From: Candidatus Nitrospinota bacterium M3_3B_026
Lineage (GTDB): Bacteria; Nitrospinota_A; UBA7883; JBPRGF01
Assembly: GCA_051418015.1 (NCBI GenBank)
Contig: JBPRGF010000026.1
Coordinates: forward strand, 14,430 to 78,429
Direction: 5' to 3'
Length of the DNA: 64,000 bases
The position numbers and the translations under genes are program-made. A model generated the notes under the pieces. That model saw nothing but the letters and a program-made list of their open reading frames with translations. It did not search any database and had not been told where the DNA came from. Below are positions 9,118-19,884 of this stretch, piece after piece; position 1 is the first letter of the stretch, and each line of letters begins with the position of its first letter.

Positions 9118-11915
9118 TCAACGGCCGCCAGGTTGGCGGCGCAGCGGGCGCAGATTCCCGGATGATCCTCCGATTTTCCCACGGTCTCGCTGTAATTCCA
9201 GCACCGCTCGCATTTCTCCCCGCCCGCCTTTTTCACCATCACGGTAAGGCCCGGCACGTTCTCGCTTTTGAATATCTCCCCGCCCTCCGGCGGCGGCCCG
9301 TCAGCCAGGGAGGCCTGCGACACGATGAATATGAACGGCAGGCCGGTCTCGTGCTTTTGCAGAAGCTCCCTGTCGGACTGGAACAGCGACAGCTCCACCG
9401 CGGCGTCGAGGGAGTGGCCCACGATCTTCTTCTGTCTTGCCAGCTCCAGGGCGCGGGTGACCTCGCCGCGGATGGCGATGATCCTGTCCCACTCGGCCAG
9501 GAGATGCTCGTTCGCCGCCAGGAAGTCCGCCTCCGGGAACAGCGCCAGGTGAACGCTCGGCTCCCTCGACTCAGGGTCGCCCGGAAGGCTCTCCCATGCC
9601 TCCTCGGCGGTGAAGGAGAGGACCGGGGCCATCAGCCTGAGCATCCCGTGGACGACCTCGTACATGGAGCTCTGGGCGGAGCGCCGCTCCGGGCCCCTTT
9701 TCGGGAAGGTGTAGAGCCTGTCCTTTATTATGTCCAGGTAAAAAGAACTCAGGTCCGTCACGCAGAAGTTGTGGAAGGAGTGATAGAAGACGTGGAACTC
9801 GCCCCGTTCATACGCCTGGGTGATCCTGCGGGCCAGCTTCTGGAACTTGAGGGCGATCACGCGGTCGAGCTCCAGTCTCTCCTCGAAGGGGACCGCGTCC
9901 GCCGCCGGGTCGAAGTCGGAGACGTTGCCGAGCATGAAGCGGATGGTGTTGCGGATTTTCCTGTACGCCTCCGTCAGCCTCTTCAGGATCTCGTCGGAGA
10001 GGCGGATGTCCTCCCTGTAATCCTCGCTGGCCACCCAGAGGCGGACAATCTCCGCGCCGCTCTTGTCGATGATCGTTTTCGGCGCGATCACGTTGCCGAG
10101 CGACTTGCTCATCTTGCGCCCCATGCCGTCCACCACGTAGCCGTGGGTCAGAACCTCCCGGTAAGGCGCCGCGCCGCGGGAGCCGACAGACTCCAGAAGC
10201 GAGGTGTGAAACCATCCCCTGTGCTGGTCGGAGCCTTCCAGGTAAAGGTCCGCGGGCCAGTCCAGCCTCTCATCCTTCTCCAGGACGACGGCGTGGGAGA
10301 CGCCAGAGTCGAACCAGACATCCAGTATGTCGCGCCCTTTGTCGAACTCCGAGCCGCCGCATTCTCCGCAGGCCGCGCCCTCGGGCAGGAAATGGGCGGC
10401 CGGTTTTTCGAACCAGGAGTCCACCCCCTCTTCGTCGAGGATGTCTATGACCCGCGCGGCGGCCCCGGCGTCCATGAGCGCCTCGCCGCAGCCCCGGCAA
10501 TAGAAGGCTATGATCGGCGCGCCCCACACCCGCTGGCGGGAGACGCACCAGTCCGGCCTGTTCTCCAGCATGTTGAAGATGCGCTCCTCTCCCCAGGCGG
10601 GCCTCCATTGGACGCCGCGGACAGCCTCCAGGCTTTTCTTGCGGAGGTCGTTTTTCTCCATGGAGATGAACCACTGCGCCGTGGCCCGGAATATGATCGG
10701 GCTCCGGCAACGCCAGCAATGAGGGTAGGAGTGTTCCACCTCGTCCCTCGCCAGCAGCGCGTCCTTTTCCTTCAGCTTCTCGATCACCGCCTCGTTGGCG
10801 TCCCACACCTTCATCCCGGCGAAAAACGGCGTGTCCGGCATGAACCTGCCGGCGGGGTCCACGGGGTTTTCAACGTCCAGCCCGTACCTCTGGCCGATCA
10901 CGTAGTCCTCCTGGCCGTGGCCCGGGGCGGTGTGGACGAGGCCCGTGCCCTGCTCCAGGGTGACGTGCTCGCCGTTGATGACCAGCGACTCCCTGCCCAG
11001 GAAAGGATGATGGGCCGTCATCCTGTTCATCTCCGCGCCCTTGAATTTTTTCAGCGTCTCGTAATCCCCGGAGCCCATGTCTTGCATGATGGGCTCCGCC
11101 AGGTCCTCGGCGAGTATCAGCGTCTCCCCGCCCGCCCTGACGGCGCTGTAGGTGAAATCGGGATGCAGAGCGACGGCCAGGTTGGCCGGCAGCGTCCACG
11201 GCGTGGTGGTCCATATCACGAGGTATGTCGAACCCGCGGCAAGCCCCATGGCCTCCGCGTCTTTTTCATTCAGCTTGAACTTGACGAATATGGAGGGGGA
11301 GACGCGGTCTGAGTATTCCACCTCCGCCTCCGCAAGCGCCGTGCGGCACGAGGCGCACCAGTGGACGGGCTTGAAGCCCCGGTATAGCCCGCCGTTCTCG
11401 ATGAATTTCAAAAGTTCACGTAGTATGCCGATCTCGTAGCCATGGCTCATGGTCAGATACGGCCTGTCCCAGTCGGCCAGGACGCCGAGCCTCTTGAACT
11501 CCTCCCGCTGGATTCCGACGAATTTCTCGGCGTATTCCCTGCATTTTCGGCGGATGTCGGCCGCGCTCATCTCGCGCTTGGCCTTGCCGAGGGTCTTGTC
11601 CACCTGGTGCTCGATGGGCAGGCCGTGGCAGTCCCAGCCAGGGACATATGGGGCGTCGAAGCCGCTCATGTTCTTTATCTTCACGACCATGTCCTTGAGT
11701 ATCTTGTTCAGCGCAGTGCCGCTGTGGATGTGCCCGTTGGCGTAGGGGGGGCCGTCGTGGAGGATATACCTTGGGCTGCCGGCCCTGGCCGCCCTGACGC
11801 GGCCGTACAGGTCCATCTCTTCCCACCTGGCCAGCGTCTGCGCCTCTCTTTGGGCGAGGTTGGCCTTCATGGGAAAGCCCGTGGAGGGAAGGTTCAACGT
11901 CTCCTTGTAACTCAT
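9114..11915 (-). CDS. ileS: Isoleucyl-tRNA synthetase (type 1)
   Basis: [43 protein letters not shown]-terminal CERCW...CARC. Confidence 0.98.
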   Translation of the reverse strand: MSYKETLNLPSTGFPMKANLAQREAQTLARWEEMDLYGRVRAARAGSPRYILHDGPPYANGHIHSGTALNKILKDMVVKIKNMSGFDAPYVPGWDCHGLPIEHQVDKTLGKAKREMSAADIRRKCREYAEKFVGIQREEFKRLGVLADWDRPYLTMSHGYEIGILRELLKFIENGGLYRGFKPVHWCASCRTALAEAEVEYSDRVSPSIFVKFKLNEKDAEAMGLAAGSTYLVIWTTTPWTLPANLAVALHPDFTYSAVRAGGETLILAEDLAEPIMQDMGSGDYETLKKFKGAEMNRMTAHHPFLGRESLVINGEHVTLEQGTGLVHTAPGHGQEDYVIGQRYGLDVENPVDPAGRFMPDTPFFAGMKVWDANEAVIEKLKEKDALLARDEVEHSYPHCWRCRSPIIFRATAQWFISMEKNDLRKKSLEAVRGVQWRPAWGEERIFNMLENRPDWCVSRQRVWGAPIIAFYCRGCGEALMDAGAAARVIDILDEEGVDSWFEKPAAHFLPEGAACGECGGSEFDKGRDILDVWFDSGVSHAVVLEKDERLDWPADLYLEGSDQHRGWFHTSLLESVGSRGAAPYREVLTHGYVVDGMGRKMSKSLGNVIAPKTIIDKSGAEIVRLWVASEDYREDIRLSDEILKRLTEAYRKIRNTIRFMLGNVSDFDPAADAVPFEERLELDRVIALKFQKLARRITQAYERGEFHVFYHSFHNFCVTDLSSFYLDIIKDRLYTFPKRGPERRSAQSSMYEVVHGMLRLMAPVLSFTAEEAWESLPGDPESREPSVHLALFPEADFLAANEHLLAEWDRIIAIRGEVTRALELARQKKIVGHSLDAAVELSLFQSDRELLQKHETGLPFIFIVSQASLADGPPPEGGEIFKSENVPGLTVMVKKAGGEKCERCWNYSETVGKSEDHPGICARCAANLAAVE

Positions 11916-11999
11916 TTTGTTCTCACGTTAAAAAGACTCCCTCTGGATAAGGAACGGGGAAGCCATGGGACGATATGCAAGAAAACCATGAAAATCAGG

Positions 12000-12029
12000 A
12001 AAATATCACCGCTCCCCTTCGATTGTCAA
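12000..12029 (-). promoter_or_regulatory. Putative sigma-70 promoter for ileS-lspA
   Basis: Minus strand TTGACA-N18-TATTTT with a TG extension, about 85 bp upstream of ileS. Confidence 0.45.
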
Positions 12030-12148
12030 GAAGCCGGGCGCGGGCCGGGCGTGTTGCCTGACGGCTTGAAATCGAAGTATCATAAAGATATGCGCTGACC
12101 GTGGCGCCGGCCGCGGCGCCGGGTTCGTTCGGTAGGGGGATTTTTCAA

Positions 12149-12913
12149 ATGGCGCCTTTGTTCGATTTTTTCCGAGGGCCGGCCGCTGGCCGCCGAAAGC
12201 CTCCGGCCCAGCGGGGTGGGCCCGCCGCCGAAGGGGAGACCGCGGAGGTGCTCAAGACCGCGCTCAAGGTCCGCCAGCAGGTGGAGATAATCCTGCCCGA
12301 TGACAGGGAGGAGTCCTACAGATCCTTTTTCGTTGGGCTCGATGGGAACTCGTCCGGGTTCTACATGGACATGCTCATACCGAGGCCGGGACGGGGGGCG
12401 CTGCGCTCGGGAGCCGCGGTTGTCATCGTTTTCTTCCTGAACGACATACAGTACAGGCTGACGGCGCTTTTCTCCGGCGTCGAGAAACACCTGGGGTTCG
12501 ACTCCCTCAAGTTCGCGAGACCCCTGACCCTGGAACGCGCGCAGAGAAGAGCGTCTTACCGCGTTGAGCCCGGCGTCGGCAGGCCGGTCAAGGCGCTGGT
12601 TAAAAGCGATGAGCGGGTGGAGCGGACAACGGCGCTGGACATAAGCGTCGGCGGACTGCGCTACAGGTCCCGCATGAGGTGGGATTCGCCGCAGGTGGAG
12701 CTGGACATAGAGCTGCCCGGGGACTGGCCGCCGCTCGAGAACGTCAGGATGAACATATTGAGCCAGGGCAGGATAGACCCCTCCGGCAAGGGCAGGCCCC
12801 TGGAGAAGCCCTGCTACGTGAGGGGCGAGTTCGTCAGCCTGGAGAACCGCTGCGCCGATATAATAAGCCGTTACGTCGCCGCCAGGCAGCGCGAGATAAA
12901 CAGGCTGTTTTAG
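12149..12913 (+). CDS. PilZ-domain c-di-GMP receptor (YcgR/flagellar brake-like)
   Basis: QRRASYRV (RxxxR) and DISVGG (DxSxGG) motifs after an N-terminal beta domain; start uncertain (12101 or 12149). Confidence 0.8.
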   Translation: MAPLFDFFRGPAAGRRKPPAQRGGPAAEGETAEVLKTALKVRQQVEIILPDDREESYRSFFVGLDGNSSGFYMDMLIPRPGRGALRSGAAVVIVFFLNDIQYRLTALFSGVEKHLGFDSLKFARPLTLERAQRRASYRVEPGVGRPVKALVKSDERVERTTALDISVGGLRYRSRMRWDSPQVELDIELPGDWPPLENVRMNILSQGRIDPSGKGRPLEKPCYVRGEFVSLENRCADIISRYVAARQREINRLF

Positions 12914-13020
12914 GGACCCGCCGGGAAGACGCGGCCCGCCTTGAAAGCCTCCCGCGCTTGCTGGTAGACTTGATTTCCCGGAAAGACCCCGCGCCGATCT
13001 CGAAGGATTTTGCCGGAAAA

Positions 13021-14133
13021 ATGAAGCTCGCTTTTTTTCAGCGGTTATCCATCCTTGCGGCGATCCTCCTGTTCTCCGCTTCCGGGCCGGCCGTGGCGGC
13101 GCATTACGGTCTCGTGGAGGACGGCTGGGAAGAGCGCATAAAAACCGCCATCTTCAAGGTGGCCGACACCGACTTCGAAGAGGGCCTGTCCATTGTGGCC
13201 GAGTACATAGAAGCCTTCCCGGAGAACCCGGGGGGGTATTTTTTCTACGCCGCCGGAGTGCAGGAGAAAATCCAGAAGCTGAACGTCCCGGATGAGATCG
13301 GCAGGTTCTACGAATACGCCGAAAAGTGCGAGAAGCTATGCGAAAGAAGGCTCAGGAAAAACCCCGGCGACACGGCGGCGAGGTTTTTCCTGGGAGGCAT
13401 TCACGGCTACACCGGCCTGCTGGAGGCCAAGCGGAGGCGGATGGTAAAAGCCTTTCTCAGCGGCGTGGAGTCCAAGAAACATCTGGAGCGCGTCGCCGCC
13501 GAGCGGCCGGAGACACCGGACACCTACTTCGGCCTGGGGATGCTCTACTACTTCTCCAGCCGCAAAAGCGAGGAAGGGGGCCGCCTGCTCTCCTGGATCA
13601 TCCGCAAATTCATAACCGACGGGAAAAACATGAAGGCCGAGGGGGTGGAGATGATAAAGCGCTCGATCATCGGCGGGTCGCTGGCGCGGGACTATGCCTT
13701 GTCGAGCCTCATGTGGATACACCTGTACGAGGGGCAGTACGAGCAGGCCGGGCAGATCGCGCGCAACATGAGCAGGCGCTTCACCAGGGATACCGCTTCC
13801 CGCTGGGTCCTGGGCAGGGTGGCGCTGGAGAAAAGAGAATGCGCGCAAGCCCGGCTATGGTTCGAGGATATCCTGGATATAGCGGCCCGCAAGGGCCTGC
13901 CCTCCTCGCGTTATCCTGACGTGACGACCGCCATCGACATGGCCGATCTTTGCGAAAGCATGAACAGCGCAAGGTGGGGAGAGGCGGACAGGCTGATCGA
14001 CAGTATAAGAGAACGCCTGGAAGGCGATCCCAAGATAGTGATCGAGTACCAGGACGAGAAAAACCTCCTGAAACGCTGGAACAGCGAACTGGAGCGCGCG
14101 CGAAGAACCGTCGACCTGGTCCTTGGCGGCTAG
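13021..14133 (+). CDS. Exported alpha-helical (TPR-like) hypothetical protein
   Basis: Signal peptide MKLAFFQRLSILAAILLFSASGPAVAA; TPR-like segments (ARFFLGG, DTYFGLGMLYY); start chosen at the signal-peptide ATG. Confidence 0.7.
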   Translation: MKLAFFQRLSILAAILLFSASGPAVAAHYGLVEDGWEERIKTAIFKVADTDFEEGLSIVAEYIEAFPENPGGYFFYAAGVQEKIQKLNVPDEIGRFYEYAEKCEKLCERRLRKNPGDTAARFFLGGIHGYTGLLEAKRRRMVKAFLSGVESKKHLERVAAERPETPDTYFGLGMLYYFSSRKSEEGGRLLSWIIRKFITDGKNMKAEGVEMIKRSIIGGSLARDYALSSLMWIHLYEGQYEQAGQIARNMSRRFTRDTASRWVLGRVALEKRECAQARLWFEDILDIAARKGLPSSRYPDVTTAIDMADLCESMNSARWGEADRLIDSIRERLEGDPKIVIEYQDEKNLLKRWNSELERARRTVDLVLGG

Positions 14134-14942
14134 GACCCGCGCCGCGGGTCCAGCAGGTCCCTCAACCCGTCGCCAAGGAAATTCACCCCCATCACGACCA
14201 TCATTATGGCAAGCCCCGGGAAGGTTATGAGGTGCGGCGCGACAAGCAGGAACTGCCTCCCCTCGGAAAGCATCGCCCCCAGGCTCGGCGTGGGCGGCTG
14301 GACCCCTAGCCCGAGGAAGCTCAGGCCCGCCTCGGCTATTATCGCCGAGGCCACGCCGAACGTCGCCTCCACGATTACCGGCCCGGCCAGGTTCGGCAGA
14401 AGGTGTCTTCCGATCACCCGCGCCGCCCCCGCCCCGATCGACTCCGCCGCCAGGACGTACTCCCGCTCGCGCAATGACAACACCTGCCCCCTGGCGAGCC
14501 TCGCGAAGCTTGTCCACCCCATGAGGCTCAAGGCGATGATGACGTTCATCAGGCTCGGCCCCATCACCGCCATCACCGCCACCGCAAGCAGCAGCCCCGG
14601 AAAGGCCAGGAAGACGTCCAGGACGCGCATCACCACCCCGTCCACTTTGCCCCCGATGTAGCCCGACGCCGCGCCGATGATCGAGCCCGTGACGGTTGAG
14701 ATGGAGACCGTGACAAGCCCCACCAGCAACGAGACCCGCGCGCCGCTCATGATCCTGCTCAGGATGTCCCTGCCCAGCCTGTCCTGCCCAAGAAGATGCT
14801 CCGGGCCGGGGCCGCTCAGGCCGCCGTAAAGGTCCTGCTCCACCGGCGGCCAGGGCGCGATCCACGGCGCCAGGACCGCCACGGCCACGAAACCCGCCGT
14901 CAGAAAAAGACCCGCCCAGAACGTGGCCGGCGCCCTTCTCAT
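14130..14942 (-). CDS. dppC: Peptide/nickel ABC transporter permease (DppC/OppC)
   Basis: HLLGQDRLGRDILSRI, EYVLAAESIGA EAA loop, EAGLSFLGLG. Confidence 0.9.
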   Translation of the reverse strand: MRRAPATFWAGLFLTAGFVAVAVLAPWIAPWPPVEQDLYGGLSGPGPEHLLGQDRLGRDILSRIMSGARVSLLVGLVTVSISTVTGSIIGAASGYIGGKVDGVVMRVLDVFLAFPGLLLAVAVMAVMGPSLMNVIIALSLMGWTSFARLARGQVLSLREREYVLAAESIGAGAARVIGRHLLPNLAGPVIVEATFGVASAIIAEAGLSFLGLGVQPPTPSLGAMLSEGRQFLLVAPHLITFPGLAIMMVVMGVNFLGDGLRDLLDPRRGS

Positions 14943-15859
14943 CGGTTCCTCACCCGCGGGTCTATCACCGCGTACAGAAGATCGACGGCGAGGTTGACGA
15001 AGACGTAGGACAGCGATATCGCCAGGACGCACCCCTGGACGAGGGGATAGTCCCGGGCGTTGATGGCCTGTATGGTCAGCCGCCCAAGGCCCGGCCAGGC
15101 GAATATCGTCTCCGTTATTATCGCCCCGGCCAGGAGCGCGCCGAACTGCAGCCCCGCCACGGTGACCACCGGCATGAGGGCGTTGGCCAGGGCGTGCTTG
15201 AAAAGCGCCGCGCTCTCTGCCAGCCCCTTTGCCCTGGCGGTGGTCATGTAGTCCTCCCCCAGCGCGTCGATCATCGAGGACCTGGTGAGCCGGGAGAGGA
15301 TGGCCGCCATGGCCGTCCCCAGCGTTATGGATGGCAGGATGAGGCTTTCCACCCCGCCCCGGCCGTAGACGGGCAGCCACTTGAGCTCCACGGAGAAGAC
15401 GAGGATCAGGAGCGGCCCGATGAAAAAGCTCGGCATGGAGACCCCAAGCAGGGAGACGGCCATGGAGCCGCGGTCCACCGCGGTGTCCTTTCTGGCCGCC
15501 GCGGCCACCCCCAGCGGGACGGCCATCACGACAGCCAGTATCATGGAGCAGACGGCTAGCTCGAACGTGGCGGGGTATTTTTCCAGTATGGACGCCGTGA
15601 CGCTCTTTTTGGTGTAGAGGGATTTTCCAAGATCACCCACAGCCGCCCCGGCCAGGAAAAAGATATACTGCTCCAAAACGGGCCTGTCGAGCCCCAACTC
15701 GCTTCTCAGCGCTTCCTTGTCCGCCGCCGCCGCCCTCTCGCCCAGCATTATCTCCACCGGGTCGCCGGGCGTCAGGCGCATCACGAGGAACACCAGGGTG
15801 ACGACGCCGAGGACGACGGGCACGGCGGCGAAGAGCCTTTTTATGATATACGCTCTCAT
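14939..15859 (-). CDS. dppB: Peptide/nickel ABC transporter permease (DppB/OppB)
   Basis: PGDPV, GDLGKS, DYMTTARAKGL, ETIFAWPGLG, RDYPLVQG. Confidence 0.92.
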   Translation of the reverse strand: MRAYIIKRLFAAVPVVLGVVTLVFLVMRLTPGDPVEIMLGERAAAADKEALRSELGLDRPVLEQYIFFLAGAAVGDLGKSLYTKKSVTASILEKYPATFELAVCSMILAVVMAVPLGVAAAARKDTAVDRGSMAVSLLGVSMPSFFIGPLLILVFSVELKWLPVYGRGGVESLILPSITLGTAMAAILSRLTRSSMIDALGEDYMTTARAKGLAESAALFKHALANALMPVVTVAGLQFGALLAGAIITETIFAWPGLGRLTIQAINARDYPLVQGCVLAISLSYVFVNLAVDLLYAVIDPRVRNR

Positions 15860-17406
15860 CGCCCCTGTTCGATCCTCACGTCTTTGAGCGATCTTAAGTT
15901 CTCGTCCGGCGCGAGCCTGAGACCCTTCACTCTCCTGTCCAGTACCGCCACGTTCACCGGATACCACAAGGAGACGTATGGCAGGTCCCGGGCCAGTATC
16001 TTCTGCGCCTCGGAGTATATCCTTTTCCGCTCCTCTCCGAAAGTGACCCGCCCCCGCGTAAGCAGCTCGTCCACCCGCTGGTTTTTGTACCGGCCGCGGT
16101 TGGCCCCGGCGGGCGGCGCCGAGGAGGAGTGGAAGATGTAATGGAGTATGTCCGGGTCCGTTATTCCCACCCAGGTCAGCGAATACATCTGGAACGCGCC
16201 CTTCTTGATGTCCGAGTAAAAGACCCCCCACTCATAGGAGCGTATGTCCAGGCCTATCCCCACCCTGCCGAGCTGCCACTGGAAAACCTCCGCTATCCTC
16301 TTTCGAAGCTCGTTCTGCGATGTGTTGTATTTCAGGGTGAACCGAGTGGCCGGGCCTTCGCCGTCGGGGTCCTTGTAGCCCGCCTCGTCCAGGATCCTTT
16401 TCGCCTTTTCCGGGTCATGCTCATACCTGGCGGCGTCTTTTTCATAGAAAACCGACGCCGGGGATACGGGGCCCGCCGCCTCCACGGCCAGCTTTTTCAG
16501 GATGTGTTTTATTATGCTCTTTCTATCGATAGCGTGGGCTATGGCAAGGCGCACGGCCCTGTCGCCCGTCAGCGGGTCCTCCATGTTGAAACCGAGGTAG
16601 GAGTAGTTCGTCCCCGGCCTCGTGACGACGCGGAGATCCGGGTCGCGCCGGAAACGGGGCAGCAGGTCGGGCGTTATGGGGTTCATTATCACGTGGACGG
16701 ACCCGCGCTCCAGGGCGAGCGTTCTGACGGTCTCGTCGGGGATGATCTTGAGGATCACGCCGTCCAGCGCGGGCGCGCCCTCGAAATAGCCCCTGTTCGC
16801 CGCAAGCTCGATTCTTTCGTCACTTTTGAATCTCATCAGCCTGAAAGGCCCCGTCCCCACCGGCGCTTCCGCCGTCTCCTCTCCGGCTCCCGCCGGGACT
16901 ATCCCCATCGTCAGGTTCCCCAGGAACGGCGCGTTCGGCTCCTTCAGCCTGAAGACCACCGTTGTATCGTCCGGCGCGGCGATGGAGTCTATCACCTCGT
17001 AGTTTCCCCGGTGGGCGGAGCCGTTCTTCTCGTCCAGGATGAACTCGTAGGTCGATTTCACGTCGGCGGCGGTCAGCTTCCTTCCGTCATGAAAAAAAAC
17101 GCCCGGGCGCAGGTGGAAGACATAGGTCGTCCCGTCCGGCGTCTCCCAGCTTTCGGCGATGTCGGGGGCGATGGTAAGGTCGTCCCTTCGCTTCACCAGC
17201 CCGTTGAACAGAAGGTCCCCCACCTTCGCCGCCGCCGCGCCGGTGGAAAGGCGGGGGTCGAGCGTCGCCGGGGCGGACTCCATCGCCACGACGAGGGTGT
17301 TTTCCGGGATTTTTTCCCTTGCCGAGCAGGCGGCGGCCAGGAGGGCAAGAGAGAAAAGGACGGGAAGAAGAGCGGCGGGCGGACGGCGGGCCCCTCTGAA
17401 GGTCAT
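15856..17406 (-). CDS. dppA: Peptide ABC transporter substrate-binding lipoprotein (family 5)
   Basis: Lipobox LAAC; TLDP, PDIAESWE, FHDGRKLTAADV, PVGTGPF. Confidence 0.9.
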   Translation of the reverse strand: MTFRGARRPPAALLPVLFSLALLAAACSAREKIPENTLVVAMESAPATLDPRLSTGAAAAKVGDLLFNGLVKRRDDLTIAPDIAESWETPDGTTYVFHLRPGVFFHDGRKLTAADVKSTYEFILDEKNGSAHRGNYEVIDSIAAPDDTTVVFRLKEPNAPFLGNLTMGIVPAGAGEETAEAPVGTGPFRLMRFKSDERIELAANRGYFEGAPALDGVILKIIPDETVRTLALERGSVHVIMNPITPDLLPRFRRDPDLRVVTRPGTNYSYLGFNMEDPLTGDRAVRLAIAHAIDRKSIIKHILKKLAVEAAGPVSPASVFYEKDAARYEHDPEKAKRILDEAGYKDPDGEGPATRFTLKYNTSQNELRKRIAEVFQWQLGRVGIGLDIRSYEWGVFYSDIKKGAFQMYSLTWVGITDPDILHYIFHSSSAPPAGANRGRYKNQRVDELLTRGRVTFGEERKRIYSEAQKILARDLPYVSLWYPVNVAVLDRRVKGLRLAPDENLRSLKDVRIEQGR

Positions 17407-18686
17407 CGGAAAACGGCCCTGCGTCCTATGTCCTTCCTGTACACGGCCCCGTCCCAGCTTATCCTGGAGACCGCCGCGTAGACCGTGTCGATGGCGTCCT
17501 GGATCGCCTCCCCCACGGCGGTGACGCCGAGGACGCGCCCGCCCGCGGTCATCACCTTCCCGTCCTCCGAAAGCTTCGTTCCCGCGTGGAAGACGGAGAC
17601 GCCCTCCATCGCCTCCGCCTCCTCCAGGCCGTGTATCACCTTCCCCTTCTCATACTGGCCGGGGTAGCCCTTCGAGGCCATGACCACGCAGACGGCGTGT
17701 TTATCAGACCACGAAAGCTCCACGCCGGAAAGGTCCCCCTTCGCGCAGGCGAGGAGGACGGGGACGATGTCGCTTTCCATCCGCGTCATTATCGGCTGGC
17801 ATTCAGGATCGCCGAACCGGCAGTTGAACTCCAAAACCTTCGGGCCGTCCTCGGTTATCATCAGCCCGGCGTAGAGGACGCCCCGGTAGGGTCTGCCTCT
17901 GGCCTCCATCGCCTCCAGGGTCTTGCGGATTATGTTTTTTTCGACCCACCGGCCCATCTCCTCCGTGATGACCGGCGCGGGCGAATAAGCCCCCATGCCG
18001 CCGGTGTTCGGGCCGGTGTCTCCCTCGCCGATCCTCTTGTGATCCTGGCTGGAGGGCATCATGATGTAGTTCTCCCCGTCGAGGAAGGCCATGATGGAAG
18101 CCTCCTCGCCTTCCAGAGCCTCCTCCAGGATTATTTTCGCTCCCGCCTCGCCGAACCTTTTCCGGGTCATCATCTCGTCGATGGCGGCCTCGGCCTCGGC
18201 CCTGGATCCCGCCACCACGACGCCCTTGCCGGCGGCCAGCCCATCGGCTTTCACCACCACCTTCTCGCCGAAGCGGTCCAGCGCGGCCATGGCCGTCTCC
18301 CTGTCGACGCTCGCCTCGTAGCGCGCCGTGGGGACGCCGGCCTCCCTCAAAAGCTCCTTCATGAAAATCTTCGAGCCTTCAAGCTCCGCCGCCTTCTTCG
18401 ACGGGCCGAAAGCCAGGAGCCCCGCCTCCTGGAAAGCGTCCACGATCCCCCCAACCAGCGGCGCCTCGGGCCCGACGACGGCAAGGTCTATCGATTTCTC
18501 TTTCGCGAGCTTTACGAGCCCGGCGACATCCTCCGCGCCCAGCGGGACGTTCTCGGCCACCCGCGCCGTCCCTGCGTTGCCCGGGGCGGCGTAAATTTTC
18601 TCTACCAGCGGGCTTTCCGATATCTTCCAGGCCAGGGCGCTCTCCCGCCCCCCGCCTCCGGCCACCAGTATGTTCAGTCTGTCCAC
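17403..18686 (-). CDS. purD: Phosphoribosylamine--glycine ligase
   Basis: GGGGRE, APGNAG, VVKADGLAAGKGV, QDHKR, GPNTGGMGAYSP, EFNCRFGDPE. Confidence 0.98.
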   Translation of the reverse strand: MDRLNILVAGGGGRESALAWKISESPLVEKIYAAPGNAGTARVAENVPLGAEDVAGLVKLAKEKSIDLAVVGPEAPLVGGIVDAFQEAGLLAFGPSKKAAELEGSKIFMKELLREAGVPTARYEASVDRETAMAALDRFGEKVVVKADGLAAGKGVVVAGSRAEAEAAIDEMMTRKRFGEAGAKIILEEALEGEEASIMAFLDGENYIMMPSSQDHKRIGEGDTGPNTGGMGAYSPAPVITEEMGRWVEKNIIRKTLEAMEARGRPYRGVLYAGLMITEDGPKVLEFNCRFGDPECQPIMTRMESDIVPVLLACAKGDLSGVELSWSDKHAVCVVMASKGYPGQYEKGKVIHGLEEAEAMEGVSVFHAGTKLSEDGKVMTAGGRVLGVTAVGEAIQDAIDTVYAAVSRISWDGAVYRKDIGRRAVFR

Positions 18687-18707
18687 TTTCCCCGCGCTCC
18701 CGTCAGG

Positions 18708-19751
18708 TTAAAGCCTGCGCGCCTCTTCCATGAGCGCCTCGGCCAGCTCGTCTTCCTTCACCTTGCGGACTATCTCGCCCTTCCTGAAGATCAGCCCCAC
18801 CCCGTCGCCGCCTGCCAGGCCGATGTCCGCCTCCCGCGCCTCGCCGGGGCCGTTCACTACGCACCCCATCACCGCCACTTTGAGCGGCTTGTCGAGCCTG
18901 GCAAGCTCCGCCTCCACCTCGGCGGCCAGCCTGAAAAGGTCTATCTTCAGCCTGCCGCAGGTGGGGCACGATATCAACTCCGGCCCCACCCGGCGAACCC
19001 CGGAGGCTTTCAGTATCTCGTAGGCCGCCTTCACCTCCTCCACCGGGTCGCCGGTCAGCGATACGCGTATTGTATCGCCGATGCCGTCCATGAGAAGAGC
19101 GCCGATCCCCACGGCGGACTTTATGGCCCCCGTCCAGGGCGTCCCCGCCTCGGATACCCCCACGTGGAAAGGATAGTCCACGACATCGGCCAGAGCCTTG
19201 TACGCGGCCACGGTGACGGGGACGCTGGAGGCTTTGAGGGATATCTTTATCTCGCGAAAGCCCAGGTCCTCCAGTATTCGGACATGCCCCATGGCCGATT
19301 CGACCATCGCCTCCGCCGTGGGACCGCCGTATTTGGCCAGCATGTCACGTCCCAGCGACCCGGCGTTGACGCCGATCCTGATCGGCGCGCCCCTCTCCGC
19401 GGCGGCTTTCACTACCTGCTCCACCTTCCAGCGCGCGCCTATGTTCCCGGGGTTCAGGCGCAGCCCGTCCGCGCCTTGATTTAAAGATTCGAGCGCCAGC
19501 CGGTAGTCGAAGTGTATGTCGGCGACGAGGGGTATGTTGATCCTCTTCTTTATCCCGGCTATGCTCCTTGCGGCGTCCATGTCGGGGACGGCGGCGCGGA
19601 CGATCTCGCAGCCGGCCGCTTCGAGCCTTGACACCTGCGCGGCGGCGCCTTCCACGTCCCGCGTGTCCGTTTTTGTCATCGACTGGACGCTCACGGGCGC
19701 TCCGCCGCCGATCTCCACACCTCCGACACTGATCCGCCTGGACTTTCTCAT
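18708..19751 (-). CDS. ispG: 4-hydroxy-3-methylbut-2-en-1-yl diphosphate synthase
   Basis: [50 protein letters not shown]. Confidence 0.98.
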   Translation of the reverse strand: MRKSRRISVGGVEIGGGAPVSVQSMTKTDTRDVEGAAAQVSRLEAAGCEIVRAAVPDMDAARSIAGIKKRINIPLVADIHFDYRLALESLNQGADGLRLNPGNIGARWKVEQVVKAAAERGAPIRIGVNAGSLGRDMLAKYGGPTAEAMVESAMGHVRILEDLGFREIKISLKASSVPVTVAAYKALADVVDYPFHVGVSEAGTPWTGAIKSAVGIGALLMDGIGDTIRVSLTGDPVEEVKAAYEILKASGVRRVGPELISCPTCGRLKIDLFRLAAEVEAELARLDKPLKVAVMGCVVNGPGEAREADIGLAGGDGVGLIFRKGEIVRKVKEDELAEALMEEARRL

Positions 19752-19884
19752 TCCCCTATTCTAGCAGGTCGCCGAAAAAGCCGTTAAACGTCCCCTTAAA
19801 CCTTTCGTGGCGGCCGGCCGAAAGTTTGCTCCCCGCCCCGCTTTCACATATAATCGCCCGTGCCGTTTAACCCTTGCTCATGCC

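Noticed and set aside
11916..12100. T-box or attenuator upstream of ileS (also checked upstream of metG)
   Set aside because: No T-box consensus or terminator/antiterminator is visible, and the leader is short.
12679..13020. N-terminal extension of the 484-aa ORF
   Set aside because: Overlaps the PilZ gene; a convincing signal peptide starts at ATG 13021.
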